Source: Acidobacteriota bacterium
GTDB taxonomy: Bacteria > Acidobacteriota > Vicinamibacteria > Vicinamibacterales > UBA2999
Direction: 5' to 3'
NCBI GenBank assembly: GCA_020851325.1
Contig: JADZCY010000116.1
Location: 1,780 to 65,779, forward strand
Length of the DNA: 64,000 bases
The notes below the pieces were generated by a model. The model was not told the DNA's origin. It worked only from the letters and a program-made list of their open reading frames with translations, and did no database searches. Position numbers and translations under genes: made by a program. This document shows positions 27,734-36,530 of the stretch, piece after piece; position 1 is the first letter of the stretch, and each line of letters opens with the position of its first letter.

Positions 27734-30700
27734 TTCACGATGATCGTCCGTACGGGGCTCGCGGGTCCCTCGCCGCACGCGTTGGTCGTCACGACGCGCA
27801 ACTGATACTCGCCGGGCGGCAGCGTACCGCTGAGCGTGCGTTCGCCAGTGGCGATGCTGGCGGTGGCCGCGCCGTTCACGTGGAGGACGTAGCCCGTCGG
27901 CGCCGGTCCTAGATCCGGCGAGTCCCACGACACCGTCACCGAGCGTCCGGACACGTGTGCCTGAAAGGCCGCGGCCTCGTCCGGCCGCCCCGCACACGCG
28001 GACGGGAAGCTGAGGCTGACCGGCTCCGACGGCTCGCTTGCGCCGGCGTCGTTCACCGCCACCAGCCGCAGCGTGTAGGTGCCGGGCGGCACGTCAGCGA
28101 AGTCGAACCGATCGGCCAGCCCGATCGGAATCGACGTCGTCATCGCCCCGCTCACGTCCAGCCGCAGTGACGTTGGCGCGCCACCGGCGTAGGAGTTCTT
28201 CCACGCCAGCGCCAGCGTTGATCCATCAGCCAGCCCCAGCAGGTTCACCGGTGGTGACGGGACCTGGGGTACGCGACTGAACACCTGGATCTCATTCGAA
28301 GCGGCGCTGCGACGTGTGCCGGCCACCGCATGCAGGCGCACGTGAAACGCGCCCGACGGCGCGCGGAAGGTGAAGGCGCTGGAAGCGCCGTCCACCGGCA
28401 CGACGGCCAGCGTCGACCCGGGCACCACCCCGCCTTCGAGCACATAGCCTTCCGGCGCCACCGGTCCCGCCGGCGGCGTCCACCGCAGCGTCACCAGATC
28501 ATCGACGATGCGATCGGCGTGAAGTCCCGTCGGCGACGCCAGCGATGGATCGGGTTGATCGGCGATCACCGCCTCCTCGCTCGTGATCACAATGGCGTCG
28601 AGGCGGGTGACGGCACGGCCGGTCCGCACGCGCAGGTTGTGCGCGCCGGCGGCCAGCGTGAACTGCCGGGTCGCGGCACCAGCGTCGGGCGACACGCGAA
28701 CCGGCGCCCATTGCCACGTATAGGAGCGCTGCGCGGCCGGCACCGCGTGCACATCCTCCGCGCCGCCGTCGATGGAGACGAGCACGGAGTCGGCGCCGGG
28801 CGACATCTGCCGGAGCCAGATGCGATAACTGCCGGCACGAGGCAGGGTGAACGGCAGCGTCAGCGTGCCCTGATTGTCGGTGCTGTTGCCGGCGTAGCGT
28901 CCGCCGGAGGCCGTCGGCGTGTTGGCGATGGTCATCGGTCGCACCAGGGCGCCTGCTTCGGCTTCGAGGCGAATGGTCACCGCAGTCGTGCTGCGGTTCT
29001 TGACGAGGATGGTGCGTGCCGGCGTCGTGGTGCGCTGGCCGGACGAATCCACCGCGGTGGCGGTGATCTGGTGCGTGCCGTCGCCGGTGTCGAGCGTGTT
29101 CCACGACACGGAGTACGGCGCCGCCGTGGACGTCGCGACGGTCCGGCCGTCGACGAAGAACTCCACGCGCGCGATGCCGCGATCGTCGGTGGCGTTGACG
29201 CTGAGCGCCGCCGTGCCGCCGAGGCGCGCGCCTTCCGCCGGCGTCAGCCAACTGATCGCAGGCGGACTGTCGGCGGTCGTCTGTCGTGTGAACACGGCCG
29301 TCGTCACGGCGCTGTCCGGCAGACCTGACGCGAACGCGCGCGCGCGCACCGTGACGCTCGTCGACACGGTGACCGGACCGCTGTAGAGCGGTGACGCCGA
29401 GGTCGGTGTCGATCCATCCTGCGTCACGCGGATGACCGCGCCGGCGGTGGCCGAGGTGATCGCAACGCTGGTGGGTCCCGTGATCGTGCCGCCCGCCGGA
29501 CTGATCACCGGCGCCGCGATGGTGCCCTGCTGCACGACGTAGGTCTCGCTGGCGACCGCACTCGGATCGCGCCCCGAGGCGAACGCCTGTGCCCTGATGA
29601 CGGTGTTCGACGACACAGCGATGGGTGTGGCGTAGACGGCGGAGCCAGACGAGGGCGTGCTGCCGTCGGTGGTGTAGCGGATCGTCGCGCCGGGCGTGGT
29701 GCTGGTGATCGTCACCGACACCGGCGCGCTGAAGGTGCCGCCGCCGGGCGCCAGCACCGGCGTTGCCACCGGCGGATCGACCGGCGTGTCGGTGGACCGC
29801 ATGACGACGAAGACGCCGAAGTCCGGCGCCGTATGCGGCGGCAGCACCGGCACCTGACCAACCGGCGGCTGCGCCGCGAGTCCCTGCATCGGCAGCGAGA
29901 TCGTCGCGCCGGCAGCGTAGACGCCGCGGACCACTGGCGCGCCGTAGAAGTTCTGCGCGTCGCGCACTTCGAAGGCCTGACCGGGCTGCAGTCCGGCGCC
30001 CGACAGGTCCACCGTGACGGCGGCCTGCCGCTGCCAGTTGTAGACGATCACGTGGGCGCGGCCCGGCTCGAACTGATTGGGCCGGACGCGCACGACGTTG
30101 GTCGTCGGGCGGCGGGCGTGAAACGTGTTGGCGGGGAACGCGGTGTCGAGCCCGCCCCAGCCCCAGCGTTCCGCCTGCAGGCTGTAGAACACGTTGCCGG
30201 TCATCACCGGCACGCAGTTCACCAGCAGCACCGGCGAACTGCCCATCAGGTAATTGTCCGTGGCCCGTCCGTTCGTGCAGCCGGCGGCGTAACCGACGTT
30301 GGTCTGCGCGCCGCCGTAGGTGAAGTTCTGCCGCAGCACCGGATTCCGCGCGATGATGCCGCCGCCGAGCAGGATGTCGCGCTCGAAGCCGCTCGTCCCG
30401 AGAATGCCGTTGTTGAAGGCGACGTTCCCCTCGAGCACGATGTCGTTCAGATACGCCGACGACGAGCCGTAGGCGTGAAGACCGTGGCTGAACTGATTGA
30501 AGGCGATGTTCTCGCGCACCTGACGGACGCCGCTGGCGTTCTGCGTGTACAGACCGTGGCCGTGCGAGCCATCAGGCGCTTCCCAGCCGTTGTGGAACAG
30601 CAGCGTGCCATACACCTCGCTGCCTACCGACTCGCTCCACAGCCCGATGCCGTTCGACAGGTCGTGGATCACGAGGTTGATGAACTTCATGTTCGGGCCG

Positions 30701-31167
30701 CGCGCCGAGACGCCGGCACCGCGCGTCAGGTCGGTCGGCCATGGCCCGGGCTGCGTCACCAGGCGCCGGGTGTTGGAGTTGGTGATCTCGAAACCCCAGA
30801 ACACCGTCCACGCGCCGTCGGTGGTCAGCACATCGCGGGGAGAACCGGCGCCATCGAGCGTCGCGCGCTGCCCCGGATACTGCCGCACGGTGATCGGCGC
30901 GGCGGCGGTGCCGGTCAGCCGGCTGGTGAACGTGCCCGTGTAGGTGCCGCCGAGCAGCCAGATCGTGTCGCCGGGGCGGGCGGGACTGGTGGCGGAGAGG
31001 GCGGTGGTCAGGTCGAGCGGTTGGGTGCGCGTGCCGGGGTTCCCCGGCTGTCCGTGGGGGGCCACGAAGAATTCAGCGGCCTGCGCCCGAACGGCCGGGG
31101 CAAGCAGTGCAAGGAGGAGCAAGAGGAGCGTGGAACAAGTGGAACAGATGGGCTTACGGACGTACAT
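27730..31167 (-). CDS. large secreted multidomain protein: beta-helix (paralog C) + 2x chitobiase/hexosaminidase-C-like modules + Ig-like + CBM-like + 3x fibronectin type III
   Basis: Start taken at ATG 31167 (MYVRKPICSTCSTLLLLLLALLAPAVRAQA signal peptide), not the track start 31335. N-terminal 500 aa are paralogous to 17180 and 18691. Followed by twice GGTFxxPVSVTITS..IRYTxDGSTP, an Ig-like module, a RLEAEAG...GGRYAGN CBM-like module and three FN3-like units. Confidence 0.8.
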   Translation of the reverse strand: MYVRKPICSTCSTLLLLLLALLAPAVRAQAAEFFVAPHGQPGNPGTRTQPLDLTTALSATSPARPGDTIWLLGGTYTGTFTSRLTGTAAAPITVRQYPGQRATLDGAGSPRDVLTTDGAWTVFWGFEITNSNTRRLVTQPGPWPTDLTRGAGVSARGPNMKFINLVIHDLSNGIGLWSESVGSEVYGTLLFHNGWEAPDGSHGHGLYTQNASGVRQVRENIAFNQFSHGLHAYGSSSAYLNDIVLEGNVAFNNGILGTSGFERDILLGGGIIARNPVLRQNFTYGGAQTNVGYAAGCTNGRATDNYLMGSSPVLLVNCVPVMTGNVFYSLQAERWGWGGLDTAFPANTFHARRPTTNVVRVRPNQFEPGRAHVIVYNWQRQAAVTVDLSGAGLQPGQAFEVRDAQNFYGAPVVRGVYAAGATISLPMQGLAAQPPVGQVPVLPPHTAPDFGVFVVMRSTDTPVDPPVATPVLAPGGGTFSAPVSVTITSTTPGATIRYTTDGSTPSSGSAVYATPIAVSSNTVIRAQAFASGRDPSAVASETYVVQQGTIAAPVISPAGGTITGPTSVAITSATAGAVIRVTQDGSTPTSASPLYSGPVTVSTSVTVRARAFASGLPDSAVTTAVFTRQTTADSPPAISWLTPAEGARLGGTAALSVNATDDRGIARVEFFVDGRTVATSTAAPYSVSWNTLDTGDGTHQITATAVDSSGQRTTTPARTILVKNRSTTAVTIRLEAEAGALVRPMTIANTPTASGGRYAGNSTDNQGTLTLPFTLPRAGSYRIWLRQMSPGADSVLVSIDGGAEDVHAVPAAQRSYTWQWAPVRVSPDAGAATRQFTLAAGAHNLRVRTGRAVTRLDAIVITSEEAVIADQPDPSLASPTGLHADRIVDDLVTLRWTPPAGPVAPEGYVLEGGVVPGSTLAVVPVDGASSAFTFRAPSGAFHVRLHAVAGTRRSAASNEIQVFSRVPQVPSPPVNLLGLADGSTLALAWKNSYAGGAPTSLRLDVSGAMTTSIPIGLADRFDFADVPPGTYTLRLVAVNDAGASEPSEPVSLSFPSACAGRPDEAAAFQAHVSGRSVTVSWDSPDLGPAPTGYVLHVNGAATASIATGERTLSGTLPPGEYQLRVVTTNACGEGPASPVRTIIVN

Positions 31168-31354
31168 GTGCCCATCCGTAGGCAAGCTCGGCGCCAGAAT
31201 GACGGTTTTGCCGTTTTCGCCCCCGATTTCGCCGTTCCCGACCGACTGAAGTGGAGCGAGCTCTGCCGTAGGAGCCGGCTCAGCGTGCAAAATTGACGTG
31301 GCGACAGACAGTTTTGGCACGGCCGCGATGGACACGTAATCGGCACCCGCGCGC

Positions 31355-31450
31355 CTGGGGTCAGGTCACGATTCGTGAGTCTGGGGTCAGGTCACGATTC
31401 GTGAGTCTGGAGGTCGATCGACGACCACTCACGAATCGTGACCTGACCCC
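31355..31450. repeat. REP/MITE-like palindromic element: 26-bp perfect tandem duplication plus an inverted copy of the 23-mer GGGGTCAGGTCACGATTCGTGAG
   Basis: Direct 23-mer copies at 31357-31379 and 31383-31405, inverted copy at 31428-31450. The spacer contains the palindrome GTCGATCGAC. The same 23-mer pair recurs at 48803-48914. Confidence 0.85.
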
Positions 31451-31501
31451 ATTTCGATCACACGGCGCCCGTTCGCGGCGGGAGGTGCGGTAGGCTTTCG
31501 T

Positions 31502-32110
31502 ATGCGCCGGTCCCTACTCCTCGCATCTGTTCTACTCATACTGACGATGCACGTCCCCTTTGCCCGGGCGCAGGCCCCGGCGCCGGAGGAGGACGTCCAG
31601 GCCAAGATGCAGGCCTGGTCGAAGGCGCTCGGCGTCGAGTGCACGCACTGCCACATCGAGAACCAGTGGGATCTTGGGTATCTGCCGGTCTTCGACCTGG
31701 CGTTCCGCATGGAAAAGATGGTGAAGGAACTGAACGCCGGGCCGCTGAAGCAATACGGCGGCAACCTGACGTGCAACACCTGCCATCAGGGCAAGCTGAC
31801 GCCGCCCAAGGTGACGCGCGAGCAATGGGAGCGCGACGCCAAGCGTTATGAAGCCGCGTACAACGGCGACCAGTCACTGGCGCTGCAGATGGGCATCTTC
31901 ACCGCGTCGCTCGGCGTCGGCTGCTCGTATTGCCACGACCCGAACAACTGGGGCTGGGACGATCATCCCAACAAGGCCGTCGCCCGCCGCATGCGCGGGA
32001 TGGTGGGCAGCATCAACAAGCACTTCGCCGGCGTCACCAATCCCGAGATCAGCTGCATGACCTGCCACCAGGGCAAGCCGAAGATCAGCCGGTCCGACGA
32101 GCAACAGTAA
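31502..32110 (+). CDS. tetrahaem c-type cytochrome (reaction-centre cytochrome c subunit-like fold), secreted
   Basis: Signal peptide MRRSLLLASVLLILTMHVPFARAQA. Four CxxCH motifs (CTHCH, CNTCH, CSYCH, CMTCH) spaced about 40-50 aa apart. Confidence 0.85.
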   Translation: MRRSLLLASVLLILTMHVPFARAQAPAPEEDVQAKMQAWSKALGVECTHCHIENQWDLGYLPVFDLAFRMEKMVKELNAGPLKQYGGNLTCNTCHQGKLTPPKVTREQWERDAKRYEAAYNGDQSLALQMGIFTASLGVGCSYCHDPNNWGWDDHPNKAVARRMRGMVGSINKHFAGVTNPEISCMTCHQGKPKISRSDEQQ

Positions 32111-32116
32111 TACGCC

Positions 32117-33139
32117 TCAGTAAATCGAACGTGACGGCCGCCACTGGCGGCCGAGCACGAGGATGCGATCGAGCAGGTCGCCGTACTCCACGCCGGCGCA
32201 CCGCGCCGACTCGGCGAAGTCCTCGCCCTTGGCGAGCTGCGGATTCGGATTCGCTTCGATCACCACCAGCCGGCCCTCCGCCGCCAGCCGCAGGTCGATG
32301 CGCGCATAGCCGCTCAGGTCCAGCGCCTGATACGCGCGCTTGGCGACGTGCTGCACCTTGGCGGCAATCTCCGGCGGCAGATCCGCCTGCGCGGTGTCGA
32401 TGCCGTGCTTCTGCTGGTAGGTGACGTTCCACTTCACGCGCTCGGTGGCGATGCGCCAGTTCTGCTCCGGCATCTTCGAGAACACCATCTCCCACACCGG
32501 AAACACCGACAGCCGCGCGTTCCCCATCACGCCGACATACAACTCGCGCCCGTCGATATACTCCTCCACCGTCGCCGCCGTGCCGATCGACTGGTGGATG
32601 AACTGCACGCGCTTCGCCAGTTGCTCGTCATTCCCGACCACCGACGCCTGTGAAATGCCGGTCGACGACTCATACGTCGCCGACTTGACGATGAGCGGAT
32701 ACTTCAGTCGCCGCGGCAACCGCACCTTGTGGCCGATATCCACCGTCAGCGAGTCCGGCACCTGGATGCGGTGATAGGCCAGCAGCTTCTTCGCCAGCGT
32801 CTTGTCACGCGCCAGCGTCAGCCCGCGCGGATTACAACCGGTATAAGGTAACCGCAGTAATTCAAGGTAACTGACGACGTTCTGATCGAAGACGCCGATG
32901 TCGTCGAACGCCTCCATCAGGTTGAAGACGATGTCGGGCTTGAATTCCTCGACGTTCTGGCGAATCGGCGTGAGATCGTCGTGCACGCCGATGACGCGCA
33001 GGTGATGCCCGCGCTCGCGCAGCGTCGAGACGACGTCGTACTCCATGCGCCAGGGCGCGGCGAACGACTCTTCCGGCGTCGCCACGTCGGGCGGGACGAG
33101 ATCGCGGTGCACCAGCGTCAACACGCGCTGCGGTTTCAT
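32117..33139 (-). CDS. ATP-grasp enzyme, D-alanine--D-alanine ligase family
   Basis: 340 aa. ARDKTLAKKLL, YPLIVKSATYESSTGIS, EEYIDGRELYVGVMGN and GYARIDLRL...VVIEANPNP are ATP-grasp/Ddl blocks. Confidence 0.85.
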   Translation of the reverse strand: MKPQRVLTLVHRDLVPPDVATPEESFAAPWRMEYDVVSTLRERGHHLRVIGVHDDLTPIRQNVEEFKPDIVFNLMEAFDDIGVFDQNVVSYLELLRLPYTGCNPRGLTLARDKTLAKKLLAYHRIQVPDSLTVDIGHKVRLPRRLKYPLIVKSATYESSTGISQASVVGNDEQLAKRVQFIHQSIGTAATVEEYIDGRELYVGVMGNARLSVFPVWEMVFSKMPEQNWRIATERVKWNVTYQQKHGIDTAQADLPPEIAAKVQHVAKRAYQALDLSGYARIDLRLAAEGRLVVIEANPNPQLAKGEDFAESARCAGVEYGDLLDRILVLGRQWRPSRSIY

Positions 33140-33149
33140 CGCGCGCTCC

Positions 33150-34178
33150 TCACAGCGCCACCCGGTGACGGCCGCTGTGCAGGTAGTTCATCACCTGCAC
33201 GGTGAGCATCACGGTAAAGGCGCGCCGCGCTTCGTCTTCGGGCAGCGCCAGGCGCAGCTTCAACTCGCGGCTGCGCGTCATCATGTCTTCGATGACGCGG
33301 TCGATCGTGTATTGATAAATGCCGGTCCAGTCCGCCACCAGCCGCCGGACTGGCCGGCGCAGGCGGGCGATGAACTGCGCCGCCGTCGGCTGCCCGGCAA
33401 AGGCCGGCGCGTCCGAGAACAGCCGCCGCAGATCGCGATCGTAGAACGCCGGGTGATCCACGCCGTAATGCCGGCGCTTGCGGCGGTAATACTGGCGCAG
33501 CGTCCGGCGTTCCCGCCGCAGCGGATCTACTTCATCCGCCTGGACTACCGTCGGCGTCGTCCCGGCGAGTGAGCGCATCAGCGCGTCCATGTACTCCAGC
33601 TTCTTCAGTGCCGGCCACCCGGCATACCGCTGCGTCCAGTTGGCGCCGGGCGTCAGCCACACGGCGAACGTCTCGGCGAAGTCCTCGTCCGGGTGACTCT
33701 GCGCGTACCAGGGATCGAGGTGCAGCACGAAGCTCTTGCTGTACGGCCGCGGCGCGTAGAAATCGGGATACTCCTCGCGCGACGAGCCGAACAGCGCCCG
33801 CCGCTGCCGGCGCAGGCGAAGACGATACGCGTTGTCGATGACGTGCCCGGCCTCGTGCCGCAGGATGCGCATGCACCACTCGTGTTCGCCGCCTTCCACT
33901 TCGAGCATCTGAGCCAGTTCGAGCCGCTGGAGCCGCGGATGCGCCAGGTAGAACGGCACCGCCATCGAGATGAAGCCGTCCGGGGTGAACCAGGTGTCGG
34001 CCAGGTAGAAGTGGATCGGGCACTGCAGGCCCTTGGCCGCCAGTTCGGCGGTCAGCTGCGCCAGCGGCGCCTCCAGCGCCGACCCGGCGATGGTCACGGG
34101 CAGGTCGGCCAGGCGCACGTCGAGCAGTGCCTCGTCGTCCAGTTCGGCCCAGTTGTCGGGGATTCCGCTCGACGCCAT
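33150..34178 (-). CDS. putative zinc metallopeptidase (HExxH)
   Basis: Start ATG 34178 lies inside track ORF 33150..34946. ILRHEAGHVIDNAY (HExxH) plus DEDFAETFAVWL. It ends 10 nt upstream of the ATP-grasp start, so the two probably form an operon. Confidence 0.7.
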   Translation of the reverse strand: MASSGIPDNWAELDDEALLDVRLADLPVTIAGSALEAPLAQLTAELAAKGLQCPIHFYLADTWFTPDGFISMAVPFYLAHPRLQRLELAQMLEVEGGEHEWCMRILRHEAGHVIDNAYRLRLRRQRRALFGSSREEYPDFYAPRPYSKSFVLHLDPWYAQSHPDEDFAETFAVWLTPGANWTQRYAGWPALKKLEYMDALMRSLAGTTPTVVQADEVDPLRRERRTLRQYYRRKRRHYGVDHPAFYDRDLRRLFSDAPAFAGQPTAAQFIARLRRPVRRLVADWTGIYQYTIDRVIEDMMTRSRELKLRLALPEDEARRAFTVMLTVQVMNYLHSGRHRVAL

Positions 34179-34298
34179 CCGGCCCGATCTTATCCCGGCC
34201 GATCGCGGAACGGGGCGCCAGCCCAGCTTTTGCGGTTGGCGGCGGCCCCGAGTGTGGCTAGAGTTACGCGCATGCAGGTGGCAGGTAGCAGGAGTCAT

Positions 34299-36296
34299 AT
34301 GCGCAGAGACTGGATGAAGCTGGCGCCGCTGGCGCTGTTCGTGGCGGCCGCGGTGTTGCCGCTGGCTGGGCAGGCGCCCGTCGATCCGATCGTCGACGGC
34401 ACGAAGAACGGCGAGTGGCCGACCTACGGCGGCGATCTCGCCAGTCGGCGCTACTCGCCGCTCGCGCAGGTGGACGCGACGAATTTCGGCAAGCTGGAGA
34501 TCGCCTGGCGCTTCAAGACCGAGAACCTCGGCCCGCGACCGGAGTTCCAGTTCCAGTCGACGCCGCTGATGGTGAAGGGCCGGTTGTATTTCACCGCCGG
34601 TTCGCGGCGAGCGGCGGTGGCCGTTGACGCCGCCACCGGCGAACTGAAGTGGATGCACGCGCTCGAGGAGGGTCCGCGCGCCGCGGCCTCGCCGCGTCAG
34701 TTGTCCGGTCGTGGCCTCTCGTACTGGACCGACGGCACGGAGGAACGCATCCTCTACGTGACGGTTGGCTATCAACTCGTCGCCCTCGACGCGAAGACCG
34801 GCCACCGCATCCCTTCCTTCGGCACCGACGGCATCGTCGATCTGAAGAAGGAGATGGATCAGGACATCGATCCGGTGAAAGGCGACATCGGCCTGCACTC
34901 GGCGCCGGTCGTCGTGAAGAACACGATCATCGTCGGCGCCGCGCATACTGAAGGCGGCGCGCCACGCAGCCGCACCAACCAGAAGGGCTACGTCCGCGGC
35001 TACGACGTCCGCACCGGCAAGCGCATCTGGATCTTCAAGACGATTCCGTCGCCGGGCGAGTTCGGCAACGAGACCTGGGAGAAGGACTCGTGGTCCTATA
35101 GCGGTAACACCGGCGTGTGGGCGCAGATGAGCGTCGACGCGGAGCTGGGACTGGCTTACATGCCGGTCGAACTACCGACCGGCGATTACTACGGCGGCCA
35201 CCGGCCCGGTAACAGCCTGTTCAGCGAAAGCCTGGTCGCGGTGGACATCGCCACCGGACAGCGCAAGTGGCATTACCAGCTCACGCATCACGGCATCTGG
35301 GATCACGACATTCCGTGCGCGCCGATCCTGGCTGACTTGAACGTCAACGGCAAGATAGTGAAGGCTGTCGCGCAGGCGACCAAGCAGGGTTGGGTTTACG
35401 TCTTCGACCGCGTCACCGGTCAGCCCGTTTGGCCGATCGAGGAGCGGAAGGTCGAACAGGGCGAGGCTCCCGGTGAGCAGTACTCGCCGACGCAGCCGTT
35501 CGTGACCAAGCCACCGCCGTTCGAACGGCAGGGCGTCTCGGAGGACGACCTCATCGACTTCACGCCGGCGCTGCGGGCCGAGGCGCTGAAGCTGGTGTCG
35601 CGCTTCAAGATCGGGCCGCTGTTCACGCCGCCGGTCGTCAGCACATGGGACGGGCCGCTCGGCACGCTGATGCTGCCGAACGTCACCGGCGGCGCCAACT
35701 GGCAGGGCGGGTCGCTCGATCCCGAGACGAACATGTTCTACATCTTCTCCAACACCAACGTCTCGGCGCTGGGCCTCATCCCCGGCGATGGCGTGAAGTC
35801 GGACATGCTGTTCGTGCGCGGCTTTGCGTCGGACCCGGCCGACAAGAGCGGGCGCGCGAGCTTTCCGAGCACGACCATCCAGGGCCTGCCCCTCATCAAG
35901 CCGCCCTACGGCCGCATCACCGCGCTCGACCTGAACAAGGGCGATCTCGCCTGGCAGATCGCGCATGGCGACACGCCGGACAACATCAGGAATCATCCGG
36001 CGCTCAAGGGCCTGACCATCCCGCGGACGGGACGGCAGGGCCGCATCGGCGTGCTGACGACAAAGACGCTGGTGATTGCCGGCGAGGGCGGGATGGTGAC
36101 GACGGACAAAGGTCCCGGCGCGATGCTGCGCGCGTATAACAAGGCCACGGGCGAGGAAGTCGGCGCCGTCTACATGCCGGCGCCGCAGACGGGCTCGCCA
36201 ATGACTTACATGATGAACGGCCAGCAGTACATCACCGTGTCCGTCGCCGCACCCGGCGTCGCCGGGGAACTCATCGCGTACCGCCTGGCGAAGTAA
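34299..36296 (+). CDS. soluble PQQ-dependent dehydrogenase (8-bladed beta-propeller quinoprotein)
   Basis: ATG 34299 is preceded by AGGAG, with a signal peptide (KLAPLALFVAAAVLPLAGQAP). YGGDLASRRYSPL, repeated W-docking blocks and GGANWQGGSLDPETNMFY. Confidence 0.85.
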   Translation: MRRDWMKLAPLALFVAAAVLPLAGQAPVDPIVDGTKNGEWPTYGGDLASRRYSPLAQVDATNFGKLEIAWRFKTENLGPRPEFQFQSTPLMVKGRLYFTAGSRRAAVAVDAATGELKWMHALEEGPRAAASPRQLSGRGLSYWTDGTEERILYVTVGYQLVALDAKTGHRIPSFGTDGIVDLKKEMDQDIDPVKGDIGLHSAPVVVKNTIIVGAAHTEGGAPRSRTNQKGYVRGYDVRTGKRIWIFKTIPSPGEFGNETWEKDSWSYSGNTGVWAQMSVDAELGLAYMPVELPTGDYYGGHRPGNSLFSESLVAVDIATGQRKWHYQLTHHGIWDHDIPCAPILADLNVNGKIVKAVAQATKQGWVYVFDRVTGQPVWPIEERKVEQGEAPGEQYSPTQPFVTKPPPFERQGVSEDDLIDFTPALRAEALKLVSRFKIGPLFTPPVVSTWDGPLGTLMLPNVTGGANWQGGSLDPETNMFYIFSNTNVSALGLIPGDGVKSDMLFVRGFASDPADKSGRASFPSTTIQGLPLIKPPYGRITALDLNKGDLAWQIAHGDTPDNIRNHPALKGLTIPRTGRQGRIGVLTTKTLVIAGEGGMVTTDKGPGAMLRAYNKATGEEVGAVYMPAPQTGSPMTYMMNGQQYITVSVAAPGVAGELIAYRLAK

Positions 36297-36300
36297 GTCA

Positions 36301-36513
36301 GACGCGAAGAGACCGAAACACGAAGGGTACCAGGAAGGACACCACGATGGCGCGAAGCGCTCCTGGTTGATCACGAAGGACGCGAAGTGCGCGACAGGAC
36401 TTGCCTGCGGTTTGAAGAGTTATCCTCCTTTGAGTTCTTCGCGCTCTTCGTGGACGACTTGCGCTCTTCGTGCCGCTTGTCCTGAGCGGAGTCGAAGGGT
36501 CGTGTTCTTCGTG
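36301..36513. repeat. cluster of (C/G)CGAAG / CACGAAGG motifs: 5 forward copies then 4 inverted copies, forming a large imperfect dyad between convergent genes
   Basis: Forward copies: 36301-11, 36319-26, 36351-57, 36372-79, 36381-87. Inverted CTTCG(C/T)G: 36437-43, 36446-52, 36466-72, 36507-13. 36466-76 is the reverse complement of GCGGCACGAAG, the core of the 41071-41122 tandem units. Confidence 0.6.
36481..36502. repeat. dispersed short repeat CCTGAGCnnGTCGAAGGGTCG (copy 1)
   Basis: cctgagcggagtcgaagggtcg here versus cctgagcctgtcgaagggtcg at 40477-40497. Both are intergenic. Confidence 0.6.
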
Positions 36514-36530
36514 TTGCCGGGGGACGATCC

